Below are positions 37,118 to 46,253 of a stretch of 64,000 bases of DNA, piece after piece (position 1 is the stretch's first letter; every line of letters starts with the position of its first letter). The position numbers were made by a program, and so were the translations under genes. The notes under the pieces were generated by a model. That model made no database searches and was not told where the DNA came from. It worked only from the letters and a program-made list of their open reading frames with translations. Source of the DNA: a virus (taxonomy: Duplodnaviria > Caudoviricetes); the IMG/VR virus record IMGVR_UViG_3300017913_001781, positions 58,951 through 122,950 of that record; one strand, 5' to 3'.

Positions 37118-37555
37118 ATGAGAAGAGATAAAATATTTGATAATAATTTCGATAGTCCAGAATTTGAGCATCTATCTAATTTTACATTCGATTTAGATCC
37201 AGTCCACAAAGATTTGAGATCTGAAGAAGAAAAGATTCAAGTCGAAATGATTTCTAGAGATATTCATCAATTAATCGAGGTTTCTAGATTTAAGGTTTTT
37301 AATGTAGTTGATGAACAAGGTAAAACAGCTAAACTTAAGAAGGTCGATATCAACGAAGTTTACGGATATATCATTGATGAGATAGCCAAAGACTACACTC
37401 TCATTGACATTTTTAGTGAGATGTGTGTTTACTTCGATATCAACCCATCTAAGTTCTATAACTCTTTGTCAAACGCATACAAGGAAGAACTTGTTGCAGA
37501 GCTTGACAAAAAGACAAATATTCTTGATAAAAAGAACATTAAAAAACTATTCTGA
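37118..37555 (+). CDS. Late transcription co-activator, gp33-like
   Basis: The C-terminal TLIDIFSEMCVYFDINPSKFYNSLSNAYKEELVAEL...NIL parallels the gp33 helical signature. Confidence 0.5.
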   Translation: MRRDKIFDNNFDSPEFEHLSNFTFDLDPVHKDLRSEEEKIQVEMISRDIHQLIEVSRFKVFNVVDEQGKTAKLKKVDINEVYGYIIDEIAKDYTLIDIFSEMCVYFDINPSKFYNSLSNAYKEELVAELDKKTNILDKKNIKKLF

Positions 37556-38673
37556 TGATAGACAACTCTACTTTAAGTAAACCAGTAAAGAGAGTTTGGA
37601 TCCTTGGAGATATTCACTTTGGCGTTAGAGCCAACTCTTTAGAATGGTTAGATATTCAAAAAGACTTCTTTGAGAATTATTTTATTCCAACTCTTGAAAA
37701 ACATGTTCAGCCTGGCGATGTGTTGGTTCAAGTTGGTGATACATTTGATAATAGACAATCGATTAATATTCGAGTCTTAAACTATGCTGTTAATCTATTT
37801 GAAAGGCTGGGTAAAATATTACCAGTTCATATTATTGTTGGTAATCACGATATTTGGGCTAAAAAGTCTAATGAGATAACCTCTATTGACTCTCTTAAGT
37901 GGATTCCTAACGTTCATATTTACACTGATTGTCAAACGTACGAGTGGTATGATAAAAAGATTTTATTGATGCCATGGAGGAGAGATTCAGAGCACGAGGC
38001 TGAAACTCTTGCAGATCATCCAACAACAGATATCGTCTTTTGCCACTCTGAAGTAGCAGGCGTTAAACTAAACTCAAAAGTTAAGAACGAACATGGCACT
38101 TCTACTAATGCATATAAGAACTTTACTAGAGTTTATTCGGGACACATTCACTATCGCCAAGAGCAAGGTAAGTTATTGTTAGTTGGTACTCCATATGAGC
38201 TGACCAGATCAGACCGAGGCAATTCTAAGGGTTTCTATCTAACTGACTTGGCCACCATGGAAGAGACATTCTTTGAGAATCACATTTCTCCAAAGTTTCT
38301 TAAGTACAACGTGACACAGCTTTACGATATGCCTCTTGGCCAATTTAAGAATCAAATTAGAAACAACTTTGTTGACTTATTTGTTCCATCTAGAATTGCA
38401 ACAACTAATGCACTATCGCATCTTGTCAATAAGATTCAAAAAATAAGTCGACGCTTAGATCCTACGATTTATAATGAAGATGACTATATCGATAAGGATT
38501 TTTATGATATTGACGAGATTGAAGAAATGTATAAGAATTATAACATTATGAATTTGTGTAATACTTATATAGATGGTCTTAGCTATGACGATGAAATGAA
38601 ACAAAAGCTAAAAGAAAAGCTAAAAGATCTATACACACAATGTGCGTATAATTATGATATAACTGATAGATGA
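37555..38673 (+). CDS. Mre11/SbcD-like nuclease (T4 gp47)
   Basis: GDIHFG, GDTFDNR, GNHD and SGHIH. Confidence 0.92.
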   Translation: MIDNSTLSKPVKRVWILGDIHFGVRANSLEWLDIQKDFFENYFIPTLEKHVQPGDVLVQVGDTFDNRQSINIRVLNYAVNLFERLGKILPVHIIVGNHDIWAKKSNEITSIDSLKWIPNVHIYTDCQTYEWYDKKILLMPWRRDSEHEAETLADHPTTDIVFCHSEVAGVKLNSKVKNEHGTSTNAYKNFTRVYSGHIHYRQEQGKLLLVGTPYELTRSDRGNSKGFYLTDLATMEETFFENHISPKFLKYNVTQLYDMPLGQFKNQIRNNFVDLFVPSRIATTNALSHLVNKIQKISRRLDPTIYNEDDYIDKDFYDIDEIEEMYKNYNIMNLCNTYIDGLSYDDEMKQKLKEKLKDLYTQCAYNYDITDR

Positions 38674-40340
38674 GAATAACCTCCATAGAGTTTAAGAATT
38701 TTGCATCTTATGGTAATCAGGTTCAGTCCCTAAGCTTTGAAGATGATAAGTCAGAATTGTTCTTGACGCTTGGTAAGAATGGTGATGGCAAAACTACTAT
38801 TGCAAATGCAATCATTTTTGCATTGTATGGTAAAGTCGAAGGCGTTAGATTATCTGATTTACCTAATAGAATTAATGGCGAGCTTTGGGTTCGAGTTAAA
38901 CTGCAATGTGGTACTATGCAAGTTGAGATTGAACGTGGTTTGGCACCTAGTAAATTTGAAGTTTTAATTAATGGAGTAGAATTTGACAAAGCAGGTAAAA
39001 AGTCGGTTCAAGATTATTTAGAAGAAGAGGTTTACGGTATTCCATATCATGTCTTTAAGAATATTATTATTCTTTCCATTAATGACTTTAAGTCTTTTTT
39101 GACTATGACGCCTTCTGATAAGAAGCAAATCATTGATAGAATGTTTGGGTTTTCTATCTTAAATGATATGCAACGAAGCATTAAAGATGAAAGAAAGTCG
39201 GTTAAAATGGATATCGAAGTCTATGACTCTGAGCTAAATCAGATTATGGATTCTATTGGGTCTGTTAAACTTAAACTAAACACACTTATCGAGGAGTCTA
39301 GTGAAAAGAATAAAAAGAAGCTTAAATTTTTAAAAGAAACGCTTACGTCAATGGGCGAAGAGGCTAAAGAACTTTTAGTCGAAAAAGGTGATGTCGAAAA
39401 GCAAATCGGTAGTAACAAAAAAGACTACGATGCTAATCGTTCATCTGCAGTTTCTCTTAAACATGAAATTGAGTATCTTAAGAAGAAGGTTGCATTATAT
39501 GAAGGCGGTCATTGTCCAACATGTGAAACCAAACTAGATACTGATTGGCACACTCAACAGCTTGGTGGCTTTCAGTCACAGATTAGTGATAAGACTAATC
39601 AGATCAAAACCTTGAAAGAAACCATAGACAACATTACTGCTCATATGCAGAGCTTAAGGGAGTCTAAGGGTGACATCGAGGCAAAGGTCTCTGATATTAA
39701 ATATCAAATGAAAAATATGAAAGCTGAATTTACTAAGCTTTCTACTTCTACTGATGAAGAAGAATTTCAACACCTTAAGAACCTAATTAAGGAGTTTGAA
39801 GAAAAAGAAAAAGAAAAGTCATCATTAAGAGATGGCCTAGATGGAGACTACAACTTTATGGAGATTGTAGAACAAGTTCTTGGTGAAGACGGAGTTAAGA
39901 ACTTGGCAGTTAAGACTATTTTACCAGGTCTTAATACTAATATTGCAGCTATGGCTCAGACCATGCACTTACCGTTTCAAATTAGGTTTGATGAAAAGTT
40001 TAATTGTATCATCAACCACTTAGGCGAGGAGATTAATCCTATGACTCTTTCTACTGGAGAGAGAAAGAAGGCTGATTTTATCATTGTGATTGCTATCATA
40101 AAAATACTTAAGCTAAGGTTCCCTCAAATCAATCTATTATTCTTAGATGAGCTACTAAGTTCTGTCGATCACGATGGAGTCTATAATATACTAAAGATTC
40201 TAAAGCAAGTTATCACAGAGCATAAGATAAATACATTCGTTATTAACCACACGGTTCTGCCACATGAAATATTTGATAAGAAACTGCAGATTTATCGTGA
40301 GAATGGTTTTTCAAAGTTCGCAATAGAAACAATAGAATAA
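38670..40340 (+). CDS. Rad50/SbcC-like ATPase (T4 gp46)
   Basis: FKNFASYG, GKNGDGKT, Zn hook CPTC, LSTGE and LFLDE. Confidence 0.92.
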   Translation: MRITSIEFKNFASYGNQVQSLSFEDDKSELFLTLGKNGDGKTTIANAIIFALYGKVEGVRLSDLPNRINGELWVRVKLQCGTMQVEIERGLAPSKFEVLINGVEFDKAGKKSVQDYLEEEVYGIPYHVFKNIIILSINDFKSFLTMTPSDKKQIIDRMFGFSILNDMQRSIKDERKSVKMDIEVYDSELNQIMDSIGSVKLKLNTLIEESSEKNKKKLKFLKETLTSMGEEAKELLVEKGDVEKQIGSNKKDYDANRSSAVSLKHEIEYLKKKVALYEGGHCPTCETKLDTDWHTQQLGGFQSQISDKTNQIKTLKETIDNITAHMQSLRESKGDIEAKVSDIKYQMKNMKAEFTKLSTSTDEEEFQHLKNLIKEFEEKEKEKSSLRDGLDGDYNFMEIVEQVLGEDGVKNLAVKTILPGLNTNIAAMAQTMHLPFQIRFDEKFNCIINHLGEEINPMTLSTGERKKADFIIVIAIIKILKLRFPQINLLFLDELLSSVDHDGVYNILKILKQVITEHKINTFVINHTVLPHEIFDKKLQIYRENGFSKFAIETIE

Positions 40341-41213
40341 ATGATTGAATACGTAGGAAACACCCCAATTATCAAATTCAAAGTAGATGGAGTTACCATC
40401 TTGGGCAAAGCAGAGTTTTTAAATCCAAGCGGATCTGTTAAGGATCGATTAGTTTCACGAGTTATTACTGAAGCTGAAGAGCGAGGACTAATCTTTCAAG
40501 GCGATACTTTAGTTGAAGCCACTAGTGGAAACACAGGTATTGCCTTTGCTATGTTTGCGGCTTTAAGAGGCTATAAAATGAAAATAGTTATGCCTAGTAA
40601 TATGAGCGAAGAACGTAAACAAATGTTTAGGTATTATGGCGCTGAGTTAATTGAGGTTGGGGCTGGTGATTTTGAAGGAGCTATTGTCGTTAGAGATCAA
40701 TTAGCCGAAGAACACGGTTGGTTTAATTGTAATCAATTTCATACTCAATGGAATATTGATGCGCATTATGATACGACCGGTCCTGAAATTAGAGAATGGA
40801 TTGATGAAACTGACTGGATTCCACAAGCTTTTGTAGCTGGAACCGGTACCGGCGGAACTATTACTGGAACAGGAAGGTATTTAAAAGAGTGGTATCATGA
40901 CATTAAAGTTGTAGCGGTTGAACCTGCTGAATCTCCAGTTATGTCTGGTGGAGATCCAGGTATTCATGGTATTCAAGGTATCGGAGACGGTTCTAAATAT
41001 TTAGTTGAGTTGGATGAGGTTGAAGATATAGAAGTTATATCAACTGAAGATGCTAAAGAAATGGCAAGAAAACTTGCAAAAATGGGGTATTTTGTAGGTA
41101 TTTCAGCAGGCGCTAATGTTTTAGCATCCATAAGGTATGCTAAAAAGAATGACATTGATTTCATAGTGACTATTCTATGCGATAGAGGTGAAAGATATAT
41201 GTCGTGTCTTTGA
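40341..41213 (+). CDS. cysK: Cysteine synthase (O-acetylserine sulfhydrylase family), auxiliary metabolic gene
   Basis: VGNTP, KAEFLNPSGSVKDR, EATSGNTG, GTGTGGT, HGIQGIG, GISAGAN and DRGERY. Confidence 0.88.
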   Translation: MIEYVGNTPIIKFKVDGVTILGKAEFLNPSGSVKDRLVSRVITEAEERGLIFQGDTLVEATSGNTGIAFAMFAALRGYKMKIVMPSNMSEERKQMFRYYGAELIEVGAGDFEGAIVVRDQLAEEHGWFNCNQFHTQWNIDAHYDTTGPEIREWIDETDWIPQAFVAGTGTGGTITGTGRYLKEWYHDIKVVAVEPAESPVMSGGDPGIHGIQGIGDGSKYLVELDEVEDIEVISTEDAKEMARKLAKMGYFVGISAGANVLASIRYAKKNDIDFIVTILCDRGERYMSCL

Positions 41214-41219
41214 TATATA
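41212..41219 (+). promoter_or_regulatory. Late promoter GATATATA
   Basis: Recurrent octamer. Confidence 0.7.
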
Positions 41220-41244
41220 AAGCAAATAAAATACTATAATATAA

Positions 41245-42618
41245 ATGCGTTATTTAGATTTTAACCAATTTGTAAACGAATCAAATTCAATTAATGAAGC
41301 TATTACTATGGCTTCTGATCCGAAGCTACGCAAAGCGGCAGACCTTATTTTTGCTTATATGAATAAGCACACTAAGATGAATTTTAAAGCTATTCAATTT
41401 GACGAAATAGCTTTATTCGATGGTACAGAGACGGTTGGAAATATAGCGGTTAGTGATAAAGGTAAATTTCCAGCAATAAGAGTTGTCGCAAATAGTAATG
41501 CTAATAGACCTGGAATTGTTGGACAAATTGAATATTATTCTGAGATTGGACCTAATACTCAATGTGATTTTGTATTTTCATCAGAAAGTTTTCCAATTGT
41601 ACAATTAGTTACTGAGGCTGCTAGAATTATAAGCGATAAAAAATATGCAGCTGAGGCTGAGGCCGCAATGAACGAGTCTATAGTAAATGAAGCTTCTGCT
41701 AAATTAACTACAGAAGAAGTTAAAATGGTTTCTCAGCAGCTTAGGGCTGGAAAATCAGCTAAGCAAATTTCACAGGATCTTGGAGTTCCTTATTATAAGA
41801 TTCTTAAAATTAGAAAGAACGCTCCGGTAACTACTAAAGATCACCCCGCCGTTGCTATGAACGAAGAAACTTTAGAAGATAAAGTAAAGTTTCTTGAGGA
41901 GACAATGGAAGATATCTATCAGATCTCTAGAAAAGTTGCAGCTGGGGCTTTTAACTCTCTATTTATTTCAGGTAGAGCCGGTACAGGTAAGACATATAAT
42001 GTTGAAAAAGCGATGAAAGATGAAGGTCTAGTTGAAGAAGACGACTTTATGTTAATTTCAGGAGCTGTTTCAGTTATTATGATGTATAAGAAAATGTATC
42101 AATATAGAGATAAGACTCTTATCTTTGATGACTGTGATGCAGTATTTAGAGATGAGAACGGCCGTAATATGTTGAAGGCTGCTCTTGATACCAAGAAGAT
42201 TAGAAAGATTTCATACTTAAAAAGATCTAGCTTAGTTTTCGACCCTAAAGATTTTGAGAATGATCCACAGGGAGAATATGAAGCAATTGAAAACGGCTTA
42301 GTACCGGCATATTTTGAGTTCTCAGGTAGAGTTATTTTTATCTCTAACCTAGATAAAGATAAAGCTGACCCCGATGGAGCTATTAGATCTAGATCTATTC
42401 TTGTTGATGTTAATCCTGACGATGCGACTCTAATGGAAAGAATGAGAAAGCTTTTACCTCATTTAGAGCCAAAAGATATGGCTTTAAATGAAAAGGAAGA
42501 AATATATGAGTTTATGAAAGAGGCTGACGATGTTTCTATGAGAACTTTCGTTAAGGCGGCTGGCTTTAAGATGGCTGGACTTTCTAATTGGAAAAGAATG
42601 GCTCAACGCTATCTATAA
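41245..42618 (+). CDS. AAA+ ATPase with a capsid-targeting-like leader and HTH
   Basis: Leader MRYLDFNQFVNE, HTH-like GKSAKQISQDLGVPYYKI, Walker A GRAGTGKT, Walker B LIFDDCD, FISN and AIRSRS. Late motif at 41212. Confidence 0.75.
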   Translation: MRYLDFNQFVNESNSINEAITMASDPKLRKAADLIFAYMNKHTKMNFKAIQFDEIALFDGTETVGNIAVSDKGKFPAIRVVANSNANRPGIVGQIEYYSEIGPNTQCDFVFSSESFPIVQLVTEAARIISDKKYAAEAEAAMNESIVNEASAKLTTEEVKMVSQQLRAGKSAKQISQDLGVPYYKILKIRKNAPVTTKDHPAVAMNEETLEDKVKFLEETMEDIYQISRKVAAGAFNSLFISGRAGTGKTYNVEKAMKDEGLVEEDDFMLISGAVSVIMMYKKMYQYRDKTLIFDDCDAVFRDENGRNMLKAALDTKKIRKISYLKRSSLVFDPKDFENDPQGEYEAIENGLVPAYFEFSGRVIFISNLDKDKADPDGAIRSRSILVDVNPDDATLMERMRKLLPHLEPKDMALNEKEEIYEFMKEADDVSMRTFVKAAGFKMAGLSNWKRMAQRYL

Positions 42619-42633
42619 TATTAATAAAAATGC

Positions 42634-43488
42634 ATGGCCAGTTATAACCTTAAATTTAACAAGGACGATTCTGTTGTCAGGCATCTTATTATTGGACTAC
42701 TTTCAGATTTAAACGACAAGTTAAGCTTCTTTAGACAAACATCCAATGATGAGAGGGTAATTGTCGATGTACCATTCTTTTATTCTATTACCGGTGATGA
42801 GAACTTTCTAAGAGATAATTTCTTATTCTCGACTATTAATGGCATTGGCTGTGATCCGGATTTGGATAAAGCCGATGGTAACTATGATAAAGTACCAAGA
42901 GGCATAGTTAACTTAACTTCTCTTAACGTTGATCCAAGTAAATTGGTAAATAAGAGAAATATGGGTCATTATTCAAAATTAGATGCCAACGGAGAAATGC
43001 AAGGCTTCGTTTCAGAGTTTGAGATGATTCCTGTCGTTATAGGAATGGATGTTGAATTACTTCTATCAAGTCAATTGGATCTTTTTAAAGTAACCGAAGC
43101 TATAGTTAAAAAAATGTATAAGTCTAATTACTACAATGTAGAAGTTGGACATATTGAAGAAGGTCTTTATAGACTTGCAGCTTATTATGCTATGCCCGAT
43201 GATTATAGTATAGAAAGACCTATTGAATACGGCTTTGACGATAAAGGAAATCATAAGGTTACTTTTGGATTAGAAGTCAATTCATTTATTCCATCGTTTG
43301 ACTACTCAACTGAAAGACACGTTGGTAATAGAATGTTTACTATTGGAGGAGCAACCCCAACGGGGGGCACAACAACGAGAGTTACAACAGTTGAGGGCGT
43401 AGAAGATGAACAATTACCTCCGGTTGGAGAAAACTATAGAGTTAAGTCTACTAGACTCCCATTCGATAAGAAGAACTATTTCGGTTGA
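42634..43488 (+). CDS. Tail sheath stabiliser/terminator (T4 gp15-like)
   Basis: VRHLIIG.L...VDVPFFY...VPRG...DPSKL...PV.I.MD pattern. Confidence 0.65.
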   Translation: MASYNLKFNKDDSVVRHLIIGLLSDLNDKLSFFRQTSNDERVIVDVPFFYSITGDENFLRDNFLFSTINGIGCDPDLDKADGNYDKVPRGIVNLTSLNVDPSKLVNKRNMGHYSKLDANGEMQGFVSEFEMIPVVIGMDVELLLSSQLDLFKVTEAIVKKMYKSNYYNVEVGHIEEGLYRLAAYYAMPDDYSIERPIEYGFDDKGNHKVTFGLEVNSFIPSFDYSTERHVGNRMFTIGGATPTGGTTTRVTTVEGVEDEQLPPVGENYRVKSTRLPFDKKNYFG

Positions 43489-43494
43489 TATATA
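43487..43494 (+). promoter_or_regulatory. Late promoter GATATATA
   Basis: Recurrent octamer. Confidence 0.7.
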
Positions 43495-43517
43495 TAGAAA
43501 ATCATAAAATTTAAGAT

Positions 43518-44690
43518 ATGACTAATTCAAATAATAGAGTATTTTCTCCGGTTTTAGGAGATCAAGGCGTAGCTCAATTTCATGCTTCTGGAGCAAGCTT
43601 TGCCGTCAATGAAAATCAAATAGTACAAATAAGAAATGTGGATAGAACATTTGACGCATTAGTAGAAGCAATGTATACATTTGATGTTAGCGAATCAGGA
43701 ATTAAAGCATACTATGACCTACGTAATAATATGTTTGTTAAGCAAGCTGACCAAACCAGTTTAGATAATTCTAATAATTTCTTTAAGTTAACAGAGATGA
43801 AGCAATTTTTAACTGAAAAGAAAAAAGAGGTTAAACTAGCAAATAATATTTCGGTTTTAGAAGATATAGAGAATGAATTAGTAGAAGTCGACAATAAGCT
43901 ATCAGAGTCTAACAAAATGCCTATGGTAACGAGTTTTACATATGACGCATCTAACAATAAAGCGTATATTAATACAACTGAAATTTTAGATGAAAACATT
44001 GCAGAGCACATTTTTGCAACAGGTCACGTTGTATATGAACATAAGCAATATTTAAGCCTATTTGAAATTGCAGCCAGAAACTTCAAGGCATATCAAGAAT
44101 TACCATTTGTTAAAGAGATTGTAGAGGGTACGATTTCTTACTCGGTTATGAGAAAAGATAATACCGCATATGTTTATAGATTTAATTCTGCTACTAAGAT
44201 TTCAAAATTAACAAATATGGCAATTACTGAAGCAATAGAATATGTTTTAGAAAATACCGGAGTTGATGTTACCGATCTTTTTGAAGATATTATAGACGCA
44301 GCTAATCAAAATAAGGCAGAAATAGATAAAAAGATTTCTAACTTACATGAAATGATTTCTTTTTTAAAGGATAAAAGAGGAGATTTAGCAGGGACGAATA
44401 AGGCCATTCAAGAGATTAAAGAAGCAGATCATATGATTAACCAAGAAATTGAAAGATTGGCAAAAGAAATTAAAATTCTAGAAAACGAGGGTATTACTAG
44501 AAACGATGGATATGTTCCTGGTACAATTGAAGTTGAAATCGAGGGACTTTCTTCAGGAGATGAAGTTATGGTCGATGCAGTTGCATATGCTGCGGCTGGA
44601 TCAGAAGATCCAATTACATTCTTTGTAGAAGATAGGCCATTTAAAATTGAAAAAAGATTTATTGAGTTAGCTGTTGGTGAAACAGTTTAA
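43518..44690 (+). CDS. Hypothetical late protein (coiled-coil)
   Basis: Late motif at 43487. No recognised domain. Confidence 0.5.
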   Translation: MTNSNNRVFSPVLGDQGVAQFHASGASFAVNENQIVQIRNVDRTFDALVEAMYTFDVSESGIKAYYDLRNNMFVKQADQTSLDNSNNFFKLTEMKQFLTEKKKEVKLANNISVLEDIENELVEVDNKLSESNKMPMVTSFTYDASNNKAYINTTEILDENIAEHIFATGHVVYEHKQYLSLFEIAARNFKAYQELPFVKEIVEGTISYSVMRKDNTAYVYRFNSATKISKLTNMAITEAIEYVLENTGVDVTDLFEDIIDAANQNKAEIDKKISNLHEMISFLKDKRGDLAGTNKAIQEIKEADHMINQEIERLAKEIKILENEGITRNDGYVPGTIEVEIEGLSSGDEVMVDAVAYAAAGSEDPITFFVEDRPFKIEKRFIELAVGETV

Positions 44691-44710
44691 ACTACAAACA
44701 AATATATGTT

Positions 44711-44742
44711 AAGGGCCGGTTTTAAACAAATCGGCCTTTTTT
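44711..44742 (+). terminator. Terminator hairpin overlapping a middle-type promoter (TAAAC 44723-N17-TATAA 44745)
   Basis: AAGGGCCGGTTT-TAAAC-AAATCGGCCTTTTTT. Confidence 0.75.
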
Positions 44743-44775
44743 CGTATAATGTTAAATAAATTTAACAATATCAAC

Positions 44776-45147
44776 GTGCCTAGAAAAAAGAATTACTTAA
44801 ACAATAGGGACTTATATGACGAAATAGTAAAATCAAAGGAACAAGAGAAACTAACACCCAAGGCAGAAAAGATGTTGGTTATGATAGCCGAAAGAGCTAT
44901 TAGAAAATTAAGTTACTTAAATGAAGACGATAGACAAGATTGTCTTCAATTTGCTATTTTAGATCTACTTAAGTATTGGAGAAACTTTAATCCACAATAC
45001 CCTAACGCATTCGCGTACTTTACAGAAATAGCTAAGCGAGGCTATGCTAAAGGATGGAATAAAATTCATCCACAAAAATATAAAGACACTCTTTCAATTG
45101 ATAGATCCAATTCATCCGATGGTGAAGGAGGATTATTTAATATCTGA
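44776..45147 (+). CDS. Late-transcription sigma factor (T4 gp55-like)
   Basis: NYLNNRDL, IAERA, DCLQFA..DLLKYWRNFNP and NAFAYFTEIA. The GTG start at 44776 is preferred because the ATG at 44749 overlaps the -10 element. Confidence 0.85.
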   Translation: MPRKKNYLNNRDLYDEIVKSKEQEKLTPKAEKMLVMIAERAIRKLSYLNEDDRQDCLQFAILDLLKYWRNFNPQYPNAFAYFTEIAKRGYAKGWNKIHPQKYKDTLSIDRSNSSDGEGGLFNI

Positions 45148-45620
45148 TGTCTATTAAGAATGTCAAACCCACTAAAAATTCAGGATTCATTCAAGGTTAT
45201 TTTAACCCTAAGAATCCTGAAAAATATTCTGGTAAAACACCTATCATTTATAGATCATCTTGGGAAAGAAAGTTTATGATTATGTGTGATACTAAGGATG
45301 AGGTTTTGACATGGTCTAGTGAACCAGTAGAAATTAAATATTGGTCTAGTCTAGATAGTAAAGAGCATAGATATTACCCAGATTTCTTTATGAGAGTCAA
45401 GAAGGAAGATACATACGAAGACTTTTTAGTTGAGATAAAACCGGAAGCACAGATTAAGAAACCGGAGCCTCCTAAAAAGAACTCTAAAAAAGCTCTCAAG
45501 TCGTATAAGTTTTTGGCCGAACAGTATATTAAGAATAGAGATAAATATGCATATGCTAAAAGATGGGCAGAAGATAGAGGATGGAGATTTATAGTTCTTA
45601 CTGAAAATAGCTTAAAATAA
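45147..45620 (+). CDS. Head completion nuclease (T4 gp4-like, TnsA-like fold)
   Basis: PKNPEKY.G, IIYRSSWERKFM, WSSE, YYPDF, VEIKP and F.VLTE. Confidence 0.9.
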   Translation: MSIKNVKPTKNSGFIQGYFNPKNPEKYSGKTPIIYRSSWERKFMIMCDTKDEVLTWSSEPVEIKYWSSLDSKEHRYYPDFFMRVKKEDTYEDFLVEIKPEAQIKKPEPPKKNSKKALKSYKFLAEQYIKNRDKYAYAKRWAEDRGWRFIVLTENSLK

Positions 45621-46231
45621 TGGGATATATTAAGAAGACTATACGACAATTATCTAAAGAAGCGGGTAGTAAAAGATTAGCTAGAAAAGAAGCCGAAACT
45701 TGGTTTGAAACTTCTAGAAAAAAAATGAATGAAAAAGCCGTAGCAAAAACTTCGGCTAGATTTTTACCAGGTAAAATATATGTTTTTAGATATGACGATC
45801 CTAAATATAAAGATACATTAGAGTGGTGGGATAAAAATCCAGTGGTTTTAGCATTAAACTCAAAAGATAGTAATGATTTAGGCATAAATTTAAATTTATT
45901 ACCCATTATGGTAAAAGAAGAGCTATTAGATTTTGTTTATGACAGATTGGAAGGATCGATAAAATCAAAAACAATGGGCACTGGAGCCAATAATGCTATA
46001 GCTCAAGGTCATCTTTCTTTAACATATGAAGGAGCTTCTGCATTTTTAGAGCAATTTGGTTTTGATTTTGCTATTAGAAAATACATTCCAAATAGAAAGG
46101 CTAATCAAGCGGTTGTAGCTTATGAAGAATGGCCTAGAATAACTCTTTGCGATTTCATAGATTTAAACGGAGCTACGGTTGGCTCAATAAAGTGGAGGTT
46201 TAGAAACAACCTCGGAAAGAAGAATATATAA
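45620..46231 (+). CDS. DNA end protector (T4 gp2-like)
   Basis: PGKIYVFRYD, WWDKNPVVL, GINLNLLP and AIRKY. Confidence 0.8.
   Translation: MGYIKKTIRQLSKEAGSKRLARKEAETWFETSRKKMNEKAVAKTSARFLPGKIYVFRYDDPKYKDTLEWWDKNPVVLALNSKDSNDLGINLNLLPIMVKEELLDFVYDRLEGSIKSKTMGTGANNAIAQGHLSLTYEGASAFLEQFGFDFAIRKYIPNRKANQAVVAYEEWPRITLCDFIDLNGATVGSIKWRFRNNLGKKNI
46223..46230 (+). promoter_or_regulatory. Late promoter AATATATA (portal)
   Basis: Recurrent octamer. Confidence 0.7.
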
Positions 46232-46253
46232 AACCAATACAATATTGTAAAAA

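Noticed and set aside
45147-45620. TnsA-like endonuclease as a sign of a Tn7-like transposon
   Set aside because: Position (gp55-gp4-gp2-portal) and motifs match the T4 gp4 head completion protein. There are no other transposition genes or terminal repeats.
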